From: Yuukianura sp. NJ FZ-2021
Lineage: Eukaryota
Direction: 5' to 3'
Length of the DNA: 64,000 bases
Assembly: GCA_046563655.1 (NCBI GenBank)
Contig: CM102287.1
Span: 10,602,001-10,666,000, forward strand
Below, in pieces: positions 32,093 to 44,569 of this stretch (position 1 is the first letter of the stretch; the number at the start of each line of letters is the position of its first letter). The translations under genes and the position numbers were made by a program. The notes under the pieces were generated by a model. That model was not told the DNA's origin. It searched no databases and worked only from the letters and a program-made list of their open reading frames with translations.

Positions 32093-34377
32093 ATGAACCT
32101 TCTGCTTCTCACCTTCGTCGCTCTCTTCATCGCTGTTTCCAGCGCAGCAGAAGATGAGCCTCGCTTCCTCGCTCTGCCGGATCCCCGTAAGTCATTCAAT
32201 TCAATTCTTTCAAATTCTCTTGAGTTGCCAAGGGCCTTGAGCCCCAAGGGGAGTGAAGATGCTTCTGTTGGCACACTCTTGCGCAATCTCTCGTCCCAAT
32301 TCAAGTCGTTTCTCAACAAACTGTCATCCACCAAATGTCATCTCATGTCACCCCTCTGTCACTTACACTTTCCCAACATCTTAATTCCAACTGCGCAATC
32401 TCACACTCCTTAAGCAACGCTTTCTCCCATCATTAGCACCCTCCGCTAATTAAAATCTACATTCACAAACTCATCCTAAAATAACATTTCATTCTCTTTA
32501 GAATCTTTTACAATCCTCTTTTTATTTTAGAAATGTTTCTCAATTTAAACAACGCCTACAAATTTCACAATTTCTTCTATGGTTTTTACTTGAGAAACCC
32601 CAAAGTTGATAAATTAAATTCTTTAAATGGCATCAAAGAAATTTGAAATTTTTTAAATCGTTTTTTAGTGAAATGTGCGAAGCGGCCGAAGGAGTTTTTC
32701 TACGAAGGTCACTGGTACGTCTTCTCTGGGAACATCTCGATCTACCGCGGAATGGAAGTGGATTGGCTGGAGGCGAGGAACCTTTGTCGCCAGTACTGCA
32801 TGGACACTGTCTCCATGGAAACAGAAGATGAACACAAACTCATCAAGGTAACACATCCAAATCAGTCACTTCCCACTATTTCTACTTTTCTTTTTTGAAT
32901 AGGATCTCGTTGGCACCCACCACATCAAGTACATTTGGACCAGTGGACGTCTCTGCGACTTCAAAGGTCAGCCCAACATTTGCAATTTGTTACCATTTGT
33001 CAATGTTTAAGAAGAAAGTAGTTGAAAGGGTTCCGGGTCAATTCGTAAACTCAATTTCGTAAACAGTCAACTCGTAAACACGCAATTCGTAAACCCTCAA
33101 TTCGTAAACGCCATAATTCGTAAACATGAGAACTAGTAAACAACCAAATTCGTAAAACTCTCAGTTCATAAACACGGCAATTCGTAAACAAGGGCAATTC
33201 CTAAACATCTCAATTCGTAAACAGTCATTTCATAAACGCAGTGAATTCGTAAACATTCGAATTCGTAAACATTAGTAGGAGAGGTATCATATTTTCTGAA
33301 TAATTCAAATTTTTAGCACAAAAATGTTTGGACTGTCCCCACCCGTTCAAATTTTCGCGCTGCTTCATTGTAGCCACCCAGTGTCCCCACTGGATGGATA
33401 CATTTGTCCCCATCCCCACCACAATCCTAAGCAGTACGTCCACCTAGCGGCAATAGAGTAACCTCTTGAAACGAGTTGGCAACCTTCGTTGCCTAACATA
33501 CAGACCTAAAATCAGTATTGCGAACTTTCGGAAAAGGTAACCTACAAACGTAATCAGTATTGCGAACTTCGGAAAAGATAACCTAGACGTAATCAGTATT
33601 GCGAACTTACGAAACCTAACACCGCGCCTAGGGCGCGGGAAAATATAACAGGATTTACTGAATCAAAAAGTAAAGGTTGCAACTACAACAATTACTTATT
33701 AAAAATTACGGAGTTTAGGAATTCGAATGTTTACGAATTCACTGCGTTTATGAATTGACTGTTTACGAATTGAGATGTTTAGGAATTGCCCTTGTTTACG
33801 AATTGCCGTGTTTATGAATTGAGAGTTTTACGAATTTGGTTGTTTACGAGTTCGCATGTTTACGAATTAGGGTGTTTACGAATTGACGGTTTACGAATTG
33901 CGTGTTTACGAGTTGACTGTTTACGAAATTGAGTTTACGAATTGACCTGCTTCGGTTGAAAGTGTTAATTTTGGTTGAAGGTTGTTCGACTCGAGCTGAT
34001 TTGCAGCCAATCAACGTGAATGGGTGGTTCTGGTCTGGATCTGGGACTAAGATGGCCCCCACGAACTCCACCCCGCGCGGGTGGGAGGAACAACCTTGGT
34101 CTGCGTCTGGAAACAGCGGAAGACCGCAACCGGACAACGCAGAAGTGGACATCAACGGAACTCCAGAGAGTTGTCTTGCCATGCTCAACAACGTGTACAA
34201 AGATGGGATCCACTGGCACGACGTCGCCTGCTACCACCCAAAAATGTTCTTCTGCGAAGGTCAATTAATTTCACTTTTAGTGTTTCAATTCAAAGTGGAA
34301 TTAACATTGTTCATTTTTTAGACTCGGATGAGCTGCTCAAGTACGTGAGATCAACGAACCCTCAGTTGCCCATCTGA
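32093..34377 (+). CDS. Secreted C-type lectin-like protein, tandem paralog
   Basis: Signal peptide, FLALPDP, VDWLEARNLCRQYCMDTVSMET, YIWTSGRLCDF, NGWFWSGS, QPDN, WHDVACYHPKMFFCEDS. Confidence 0.92.
33029..33954. mobile_element. 926-bp foldback/Mutator-like non-autonomous element in a CTL intron
   Basis: ~240-bp TIRs built of ATTCGTAAAC subrepeats (33029-33270 / ~33713-33954); 8-bp TSD GTTGAAAG at 33021-28 and 33955-62. Confidence 0.88.
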
Positions 34378-34727
34378 ACAGTCCCCTCTACAAACCAACG
34401 CTTTTCTAAATAAATTATTCCCAACACTTTCTCCCTCTTTCACCCTCTCTTTCTAAGGAACCAATTGGAAATATTCTTTCACTTTTAGCCTTTATTGTCA
34501 CAACTAGAAATAATAAGTGGAGGTCAAAGGTTATTTTTAAAAAATACATATTACAATTTAAAAAGTACAACAGTTCAATTTGAAAAGTTGAATAAGAACA
34601 AGAGTGTTTTTGTGTGGAGGGGTGGAAAGATGAGTTGCGCATGTCACTTTTTGCACCCTCTTTTGCGAAGGGTCCATGAAGGGAGGGGGATGCTTTCTCC
34701 TCTTTTAGTCTCTCTCCTGCCCTGGAA

Positions 34728-37479
34728 ATGTCCACTTCCGACAGTTCCCAGTGTCGTCGTGGGGCCAAGGGGGATGAAGTGGTGAAGCTGTTCGTGGGGC
34801 AGATCCCACGTAATTTGACGGAGACCCACCTCCGCCCCCTCTTCGAGCAGTTTGGGCGGATCGTGGAGCTGAGTGTGTTGAAGGACAAGGTGAGTGGAGT
34901 GCACAAGGGCTGTGCCTTCCTCACTTACGCTTCTGCACTCTCCAGCACAGAAGCCCAGAAGCAGTTGCACAACAGAGTGCTCCTGGGAGGCGTAAGTGAC
35001 TTTCTCCTCTATCGATCCAGGCACACTCTCTTCTCTCCTTCTCTGCCTGTTGAATCAGGGCCCTTCAAGGCTCAAAGTCCTCTCTTCTGTCCTTACAGAT
35101 GAACCGTCCACTCCAAGTCAAGCCAGCAGACAACAATGCCAGAGACGGCGGCAGTCGAGGGGGTAAGTGCCCCTGTCCAAACATTTGAGAGTGACCTGTT
35201 GCATGGGCAGTGGGAGACCTGTTACTCACTTTCCTTTCTCTCAATTCCAGAGGAGAGGAAGTTGTTTGTGGGCATGTTGTCCAAGACGCAGACGGAGGAT
35301 GACCTGAGACTCCTCTTTGGCAGTCATGGACGGATCGAGGAGTGCACCGTCCTCAGGGGCAACGACGGCATCTCCAAAGGTCAGTCTAACCACTTAGCCT
35401 CACTTTCTCCACTTTCACTTGTCCTTCTTCCTTAGGATGTGCTTTCATCAAGTTCTCCAGTCAGGAGGAAGCAGTTTCCGCCATCAATGCCCTCCATGGC
35501 TCCACCACCATGCCTGTAAGTACCTCTAATCTTACTTTAGTCTCAGTTTATATTTCATCTTTCTCTTTTTAGGGAGCCAGTTCTTCTCTCGTGGTCAAAT
35601 TCGCAGACACGGAGAAAGAGCGGCAGCTGAGGAGAATCCAACAAATGGCCAACTCCATCAACACTTTCACCCACCCACTCATCTACTTCCAGCCCCACTT
35701 CCAGCACTCCCACATGAACATCCTGTCCCACCAGCAACAGACCCACCACTACCTCTACTTTCAGCAACAGGTACACTCCACTCACAATTTAACTTATCAA
35801 CAAAAGTGCAATTCCTTAATGGTGATTTTTAATTTTTTGTGACAGGCGCTTCTGGCAGCAGCGACGACTGCTTCTCCGTCACCTTCTTCATCGTCGTCAC
35901 TCACTCCGACGACACCCGGAGGAGTGGTGACTCCCACCGGGAATCTCGGTGGGCATTTGTTCGGTGGGGCAGAAACAACTCTCTTTGGACAGGGACCCAA
36001 CTCACTCATGGCGGGGCAGGAGTTGCTCTACATCAACGACCCACCACCGCCACCATATCCTCTCTTCGACTCAACTTACACTTTCCCCACCAACATCATG
36101 GACATACCACAACCACACTCAGGTCAGTCACTTTCCAACTTAACAACAAATTGTTACGCGTTTCTGCACACAAAAAACAAATTATCGATTCGCAAAACTG
36201 GAAAACCGTCTACTGGAAAACGTTTTCTAAAAAACACTGTTACTCTTATTCCTAATTCACGTGAAATACTGTTCTGCATTTGGAACGAGCGATTGAGGCA
36301 GCGAAATCGCTGCAATATTGAAATTTTTAAATTTTTCGCTGGAAAAAATTGTAAAAGTTTTTTTTATTAGTTTCGATGCCACATAAAATTTAAAATATCT
36401 CACGTCTTGTACTTTCTCCATTTTCATTCTGTCTGATATTTTTAGTTTTTGATGTGTCGTCGAACTTAATATTTTAAAGTTTGAGTCGAAAAAAAATCAT
36501 GGGTAAAGATAAATGGAATACAGCCAGGTTTTTAAATAGGGTGATTTCACCGGAAGTGGATTGCTAAATCTAACATCATTTCTGGAACTAGTTAGTGTTG
36601 TAGAGTGGAAAATTAATGGAAATTTTAAAGTCAACTTCCGGTGAAAATGTTACCCTATTTAAAACCTGGCTGTACTAATAAGTTTGAATTTGAATTTTGA
36701 ATTTTATTTTACCAAATGGTACCTTTGAAATTTTAAAAATTTTTGCTGAAAGAAATTGTAAAATCTGCTTGTTAGTTTCGACGCTAGATAAAATTTAAAA
36801 TGTTTCACCTTATGTACTTTCTCCATTTTTATCATGCCTGATATTTTTAATTTTGCATGCGGGGTCAAACTTGTTGGAGAGTTTGAGTGAAAAAAATCAT
36901 AAGTAAAAAATTTGAAGGATTAATAAGGGGGCTGGGGGTGATGCTCCAGCAGGAATTTCAGTTGGAAAGAATTGTTTTATTTAGTGCAGAAACGTCTAAC
37001 AATTTCCTTGATAACAGAATCCCTAAATTAGTAAAAGAGAGGTCAAAGGTGGGTGGGACTTTTACTCTTCTGGTGGGTGTTTCCTTTCAAACTTTCACTA
37101 ACTTTCTCTTTTCTTTCCTTTTGATCTGTGGTGGGACGAAGGTGGGTTGGGGAGTGGGCCTCTGTCTGGTCCTGAGGGATCCAATCTGTTCATCTATCAC
37201 TTGCCACAGGAGTTTGGTGACATGGAGCTCATGAACCTCTTCTCCCCTTCGGACTCATCCTCTCCTCCAAAGTCTTCATCGACAGATCAACCAACCAGTC
37301 CAAATGCTTCGGTAACCCCCGTCCCTTAAGTCCCCCTGACCTTGGTCTCATTGTGTGTCTTTGCAGGGTTCATCTCCTACGACAACCCCTCCTCTGCCCA
37401 AATGGCCATCTCCACCATGAATGGGTTCCAGATCGGCATGAAGAGATTAAAAGTCCAACTCAAGCGACCCAAGGAGTGA
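34728..37479 (+). CDS. CELF: CELF/Bruno-like RNA-binding protein (3 RRMs, CELF3-6 type); apparent 1-nt frameshift at ~37244-37247
   Basis: [11 protein letters not shown]...[19 protein letters not shown]...[40 protein letters not shown]...[20 protein letters not shown]. Confidence 0.9.
36521..36672. mobile_element. 152-bp MITE, Tc1/mariner-type, in a CELF intron
   Basis: TIRs CAGCCAGGTTTT(T)AAATAGGGT / ACCCTATTTAAAACCTGGCTG, inner TTCACCGGAAGT / ACTTCCGGTGAA, TA on both flanks. Confidence 0.85.
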
Positions 37480-37625
37480 CCTCTGCCAAAGGACAGGAAC
37501 TATTTATGAGCTTCTACTCTGGATTTTATAAATAACTTGAACTATTTAGACACGTCTACTCTTGTACAAATGGGAAATAAACGTAGAAACAAAGAGACTA
37601 AAGAGACTACTTTGATATGCAGCGT

Positions 37626-40432
37626 CTAGCGACCAAAGTACTCTTCACTCTGGTCCTGCTGGTTGAAGGGGTTGAACCCACCGCCACTCACGCCATGATC
37701 CTCCAGCCGCACATTGCTAAAATTTACACAATTCAATTACTCAAAACTACTTATTTGGAAAGTGATTTGACTGGATTCTGACCTGCCCACTCGCTGCATG
37801 CCGCTGGATCCCCCTGAAAACAGAAGTTGGTTAGTTGTAGAAATCGGAAGTATTCGGAGAATGTTTGAATGTTGGAGTTACCCGGGACGCCGTGAGGAGC
37901 GAGACAGCCAGTTTCCTCTGCGAGGTTGTGCGGATCGATTTCTTGGGGGAGATCTCTGATGAAGCCTCCACTTTCCTTGCGATAGAAGTTGAGGAAGATG
38001 AACATGGCGAGGGCAAGGGCACAGAGCCCTGCGTACAGGCGGAACGTCGTTACTGTCCCATACATGGACACAAACAACCCTCCCACGATTGCCCCAAACC
38101 CACGACCCAGTCCATGGTGCAGGAAATGCAAGAGACCTTGAGATGCTTGTCTCAGTTCAGGCGGAGTGTTGTGGGACAAGTAGGAGGAACAAGCAGCCCA
38201 CACTGCAGCATGCGTCAACCCTCCAATCAAAATTCAAAAGCAGTTAGAATGAACTTTCCAAAGTGTTTCACTTTTTAGTTTTACCTTGGACAAACTCAAA
38301 GGGGAGGACCCACCAGGGATTCGTGAGGATGGAGATGTAGAGGAATCTGAGGACGTTGAGAAGCAGTCCGAGGCAAAGGACCTTGACATGACCCAGGGCA
38401 CAGATGAAGGAGGATGAGAAAAAGTAGGCGAAAATCTCAGAGATGTGGTTGATGACCGAGGCGAGACCGAAGAGGGTGGGGCTCCCTCCGAATTCCTAAA
38501 ACCAACATTCGGATGAATTTCTTAGAAACAGTTTGTTGTAATTTTAGAGAAGATGCCTGAAGGTGCCAGAAGAGGAAGGTGAAGATGAGACCAATGCCGA
38601 TGCCCATGAGCCAGGCGACGACGAGGAATCCGATGCAAGTGGGCGTCTTGAAATGCTTGACAGAGTTCCACCATTCGCTGATTTTGGAGCGATTTGCTTG
38701 AGAGAAGACGGTTGAGTGGGGTAGTCCACTTTCTTTGTCCGTGTGTTCGATGGACGTGGACACTTGAAGGGCTGGGACTGGAGTGGGTTCTTTGTCCACC
38801 ATCTCCAAGTCACCCCCACGCAGCCCCACGCCAGTGTACTCCCCTAGTTTCCACGCCATCTACAAACAATCACAACCTCAAAATTAGCTAAACATCTTAC
38901 TTGACAAAAAAAGTTTTGAAAGTGGAATAGAAGTTAGATGAAATAAAGTTGATTGTGACACTTGAATTTTCTTACGATTGTGGCGAGCGACATGAGAACG
39001 ACAAAAATGGCGAAGCAGACGGTGTAGTTTTTCTCCTGGAATCCAAAAATTCATGGAGAAATGGAAATGATGAAGGGATGGAAACTGCTGGACTGAACTT
39101 ACGAGAGCGAGTTCGCACTTTTTGACTGGGAACTTGGACTGGTCGAGAGCAATGCCGACGAAGAACATGGAGATGGCCCAGCCAAGAGATCCGAACATGC
39201 GTTGGTGACCATATCTCTCTGCAGCAGCATCCCCCAAGTAGTCCAGCACACGAGTGTCCAGCAGAACGATGGCTGGAGAAGCAGCAGCCTCACCCAGCAC
39301 CACGAGCAACAGCAACAGGAAAAACACCTACAACAGGAATCAACAGGAATAGAAAGTAAAGAGTTGAATGTAATTCAGTGAGCCATAAAAAAGATGCAAC
39401 GCTTTTAGCAGAAGCTCATTTTTAAATCGTGCTTTCACTGCCAATAGTTAATTAAAGTTCAAAAAGTAAAAGTATTTGCAGGATCTACGAGCCAGCTTGA
39501 GCTTCAGCTAGTATTTTTGAACTGTGAGTTTTGCTGCCTGTGAAACCACGATTTAAAAATCAACTTCCGGTGAAAGCGTTGCAGCTTTTTTAAGGTTTTC
39601 TGTACTTGCCTTGCCCACGTCGTCCTTCTTGAAGACGAGATTGGAGAAAGTGGGGCTGACCCAGTTGGACATCTTGTCAGCATCATAGCCAATGTAGAGA
39701 GAGTTGATTTTGTAAGGGGTCACTCCCTTTGGTTCCTTCGGGATCTTCCTCTTCTGTCTTCTGAGTACTGGGAAGTCCCCCTCTTCCGGAGGAAGAAGGG
39801 GGTCAATTCCAGCGTCATCCACTCCAAATTCCAGCTCTTCTTCCAGTGCCTCTCTTTTCCTTCTGTATTGCGTGTCTGAGCCTTCGGGGGGACTTAGGAT
39901 GAGATGCGTCTTGTTGGAGGAGAGACAGGCGACTGGTTCAGGCTGGACTGAGCCCAGAGGGAAAGTTAGCCCAATCCAGCAGAAAAGGGAGAAGAACATG
40001 AGTGCCCTCGTCTTGTTCCTCCTGCAATTGAACAAATCAGAGGTCAGAGGTCAAAGGTCAAAGGTCATGGCCTTACCTTTGAGCAATTTCGATGAGGAGA
40101 GGGGCAGAGATGAACTCGATGAGTGGTCTGATGCCTGAGAGGATCCCTGCCTGTGCCCCATTGAGCCCCAACTGCTTAAAGTACACTCCGAGGAGAGGGA
40201 AGAGACTGCCGAATGCTGCGTAGAAGAAAAAGTAGAAGCCCTTGGCCACGACTAGCTCTGGTTCCAGGCCCCCCACCAAAGTCTCCAGTAGTTCTGACTT
40301 CCCTCTGATTTTGCGAGTGGAGTCCTTGGGCGGAGGGTACTTGTCCAGGTCAATCTGAGGGTAGGACGAAGGGTCCTCCTCCTCAAGGGCCCCCGTGTAC
40401 CCTCCAGTGGTTGTGCTGCCGTAGGGGTTCAT
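37626..40432 (-). CDS. MFSD6: Major facilitator superfamily domain-containing protein 6-like
   Basis: KGFYFFFYAAFGSLFPLLGVYFKQLG, YGHQRMFGSLGW, GIGIGLIFTFLFWHLQ, GLTHAAVWAACSSY, HHGLGRGFGAIVGG, LAPHGVP. One intron is GC-AG. Confidence 0.92.
39386..39592. mobile_element. Decayed MITE in an MFSD6 intron
   Basis: ~55-bp imperfect TIRs 'aaaaagatgcaacgcttttagcagaagctcatttttaaatcgtgctttcac' and 'gtgaaaccacgatttaaaaatcaacttccggtgaaagcgttgcagctttttt'. Confidence 0.65.
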
Positions 40433-40737
40433 GATCTGCCACTCCTTCACTAAGCAGTGTTTGTCCAAAGTGAAAATAAAAGTGAAAGTGGAGGGAATGG
40501 AGTTGGGTGTTGGTTGAGATCGATGTGAGTGAAAGTAGAGCAAGAGAAAGTGCGTCACAGAAAGTCCCAACATGACCTACCACACTCTACTATTCCATCC
40601 TCACACCTACATTCCACTCATCTTATCTAATTTCATCACAAATATTTACATACAAGTAGAAAGGTCAGAGGTCAAAAAGTGAAATCAAAATTTGAAAATT
40701 AAAATAAAAATTTTCAAAAATTAAATTTTTATTTTTG

Positions 40738-41018
40738 AAAATTCATATCTCGGAATTACAAAGTGATAGAGGCATAATCTCTTCGCGCAAATTTTTTAAA
40801 CAATATGAAGAATTTTTAGAAATTTTAAAAAGTCCATAATCAAGCAGTTTTTCTCTAAATTTTGTACAAAAAACCATGGACTATAGTCCATGGTGTTTTT
40901 TCTTCCAAAATTTAGTGAAAATCTGAGGGTACCATTTCAAAATTTCTAAAAATGCTATATATTTTTATGAATTTAGGAGCGAAGAGTTTACCTCTCTATC
41001 GCTTTCCGAGATAAATTT
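40738..41018. mobile_element. Palindromic MITE-like element between MFSD6 and the GMC gene
   Basis: Perfect central palindrome ACCATGGACTATAGTCCATGGT (40873-40894); imperfect arms tatctcggaa...gatagagg...ctcttcgc...tttttagaaatttt / aaaatttctaaaaat...gcgaagag...ctctatc...ttccgagata. Confidence 0.65.
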
Positions 41019-41281
41019 GGAAATTGAAATATTTTTTTTCGAAAACTGAATTTTTTTTTTAAATTCATATCCGAGGATTTGGTCTGAAAAGAAGAGAATT
41101 TGTGAGTTATTTAAAAATACTGCGTATTTTATTGGAGTTGTAGTGAAATAGAGGAGGGTTTGAACAGTATTTCCAAGTACTTTTGATTATTGCTAGACCA
41201 AGGTTCATAAAATAGTCCAAGTGTAGAATGGATTTGTCTACTTTTCCTAATCATTAAGTGAAAGTGGCACAAAGAAAGTGA

Positions 41282-43993
41282 TTAAACTCTGCGTGGGAAT
41301 TCCTCTTCTTCTTCCTCCTCTTCCGATTCTTCTTCTGTTGTGGAAGTTGTTTTGGAAGTTGTGGGAGTGGTTGGTGGGACAGTCGTTGTTGAGGTTGTCG
41401 TGGTGGGTTGCGTTGTGGTTGGTGATGGTGTTGGGGGTGGAGGTTTGTACCACTCTCTCAAGATCAGATGAGCTCCTTTCTCTGCAATCATGATGGTGGG
41501 GCTGTTCGTGTTCCCTACAATATTTAATTCATTTCAAACTTAGAAGACTTTGAGTAAAAACTTTAGAGTTGTTTGTTGATTTACCGACTGGAACGACGGG
41601 CATAACTGAAGCGTCGATGACTCTGAGTCCCCGAATCCCCTTGACCTTCAAGTTCGTATCGACGACTGATCCAAGAGAGCAACTTCCAACGATGTGATGG
41701 AGTGTGAGGGAGAGGTGACGAGCGTAGCATTCGAAGTAGGCAAAGGACTTGAACACTTCGTTTTCGCAGCCAGGGAAAGGGACGTTGGTGAAGGATCCAT
41801 TGAATTTCCTGAATGCTTTTGTTTCCTCGATGAGAGCCACTGCTTTCTGCATTCCCTCCACAAGGACTTGAATGTCATGTGGATTGGAGAGGTAGTTGGG
41901 GTCAATGACTGCAGGGGCATAAGGGTCCGTGCTTCCCAGTTCGATTCTCCCCACAGCTTGCGGCCTTCCCAGCGACACGATCTGCAAAAACGTTTCTAAA
42001 AATCCAGTATAGTTAGTTTCCTATTCCATTGACTCAAATATAAAGTAATGTGGTACCTCTTCCTTCGGCGTGTGTGAAGTAGTCTCTCATCACATCTCGT
42101 TTAGGTCCAAATCCTCGTGCAATCTCTTCTGCAAATCTCACTCCAAGTGTAACCCCCGCCAAAATGACTGAAAGAGACACAAAATGGCGTTAATTGGAAA
42201 TTTGGTTGATGGTTTTCCTTAAGTTTACCCTGAATGTCTGGCCAGTCCCTTTCTCCTCTTTTTTTGGCGAGCGAAGAAGAGAAGAAGCCCATCGCTTGAG
42301 TTCCAGAAGTAGTGAGCACACCCCTTCCAGTGGCAAAGTAGTCAGCCACAGTGGGGACACTCACGTCTCGTTCGATGGAAAAAGAGGAAGATTTGTTGAT
42401 GAAGAACGGACCCAAGTACGTCGAGATCTATAACACACAGTCACAAATTAGTCAAAGTTCATCTCCTTTTCCTTGTTCAGTTAACTCACATGATCTTGTA
42501 GATTTTCTCCAACTGGCAAGTCCTTCTTTACAGGAATCTAAAAACACAAAAAGAAATTGCGTTTAATTGTTCAAAATTCAAAATGAAAAGCTGTCAATCA
42601 TTCTGATGTGAAGTTATTTCACTTATTCAGTTTTAGTTGTTACCCCAAAGTGGCGCAGTTGATTTCTTGGCCCCACTCCAGACAGCATGAGTATTTTGGG
42701 TGAATTCATGGTGCCTGCAGAGAGGATGACTTCTTTGGTGGCGAGAGCAGTTAGCGGACGACCGTGGTGGTCGTACTCCACTCCATACGCCCTTTTCCGC
42801 TCGTTGATCAAAATTCTCTTGACGTATGCGTACTTGCGGACGGTGAGCAAAGGATGGGCAAGAGCTGGTTCGATAAAGGAAGAATGAACACCGAATCTCC
42901 GTCCATGTTTGATCGGATAGAAGATTGTGTCGAATCCTAAAAACACAACAATTGACGCTTTTCTCCAAATGTTAGTTCCATTTATTCCACTTGCCTTGAG
43001 TGTAGTAGCCATTGAGATCCTGCCGAGGGTAGCCTAGTTCTCCAGCTGCTGCCACATACTCATCCGCCATTCCAGTATATTCCGGAATTGTAATCGGCAT
43101 TGGTCCTCTCTTCCCCTTTGTTTTTGCTAAATTAACACAAGAAAGTAGAAGTATCCAATGGTAGAAATGCTGAAATGTGTTTGTTACCAGAATCCCAGGG
43201 CCCATGGTAGTCTTCGGACACTTTGAAGTAGGGCAGCAGTTCTTCATAGCTCCACTGCTTGTCTCCCACCACTTTTGCCCAGTTGTCAAAGTCTCGAGGG
43301 TTTCCGCGTGACTGGATGAGGAAGTTGAGGTTGCTTGTCCCACCGAGTCCCAGTCCCTGACTCCAGTGACTCTCCTGTTTCACAAAATTCAATTATTTTT
43401 ACGTTTTGTCTCTCATTTTCAAGTAACTCACATTGTTTGGAAGAGCGTAGCAACAGTGAGTCTGTGGAACCGTCTTATGCTTCCAGTCTATCTGCTTGTA
43501 ATCTGATCAATTGGCAAGGGTTAAACGAAGTTCCAAAGTTTGTAATTCGTTAATGGAATTTTACTGAGTAGGAGGAGTGACATTGCGGGAATTGACTGCA
43601 TGGGATTGAGTCCACCTCCAGCTTCCAGCAACAGAACTTTGTGGTTGAGTGACAGTCGATAAGCCAGTACTCCCCCCGCGGATCCTGCCCCAACTAAAAG
43701 TTTGAAAATCAAAATTAGTATTACTTAATGCCTGAACTTTTTTGTCAATTAAGTTAAGATCCTTTACTAATAATAAAGTCAAAGTCCTCTCCAGCGGAAT
43801 CGAAGAGCAGAGCCACATTGTCCGTGAGCTTGTCGTAAGTGCCCCAACTCTGGAGGAATGTTGTCAGTGAAGCCAATACCTAAGCACAAAGTATCCTCAT
43901 TAGTAAATTAGACTTGTATTGGTAAGTTGGTGCGTGGAATACCGTGGCAATGAGGGACAGTGACCATCCCGAAAGGTTACTGTTGTACTGCAT
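41282..43993 (-). CDS. GMC oxidoreductase (glucose dehydrogenase-like) with a Thr-rich/acidic C-terminal tail
   Basis: FDFIIIGAGSAGGVLAYRLS..VLLLEAGG, GLGGTSNLNF, EVILSAGTMNSPKILMLSGVGP, LHHIVGSCSLG...LRVIDASVMP, GNTNSPTIMIAEKGA; hydrophobic N-terminus. Confidence 0.93.
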
Positions 43994-44428
43994 CCTTCAC
44001 AATCGGTGTGACCAGTGGATTTGGTCTTCCTTCTTCTGTTCCTGTAGTCCAGTACATGACACAGGGTGAGAGCATAAATTTGGATGAGCAGATGGTTGTG
44101 CTGGAGTCCAGATTCAGTGTGAATGACCTCATTAAATCACAAGAATAATCAACTAATTAATCCACATTATTAGGCTACATTATTACAATTACGTCCCCTC
44201 TCCGTCCTTTCCAAGCAAGTACAAATTAACAATAATTAATTTAGTTAATTGTTAACCAAATAATTAATTAAACTTACTTTGTTCATCGTTAATCAGAACC
44301 AGAAGTTGGATGTTACTCCTCTAAAGTTATTTGTGTGAATGTCGAAGTGATTTTGGTCTGACTTCCCTTTTATATGAGAGCGAAGGAAGTTGGATCCTAC
44401 TCCTCGAGGAGTTGGATTTTACTCCTCT

Positions 44429-44569
44429 GAACTATTTATGTGAATCTCAATTCCGAGTGCGGACCGCCGTGCGGACAAGCTGCTTTTACAACTTTTGTTT
44501 CTGTCTTTTCGTCTCAAGTGCAATCCAAGTCAACTTGGAGGCTAATCCTCCGAAAACAACAGAAACTGC
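44429..44569 (+). repeat. ~140-bp dispersed repeat, copy B, in the GMC/SUOX divergent promoter
   Basis: Near-identical to 21647-21788. Confidence 0.92.

Noticed and set aside
44000..44286. ATG AAC AAA|GTAAGT as the first coding exon of the GMC gene
   Set aside because: I could not join it in frame to the downstream exons without stops. The ATG at 43993 gives a continuous frame with a hydrophobic leader, so this region is treated as 5' UTR or uORF.
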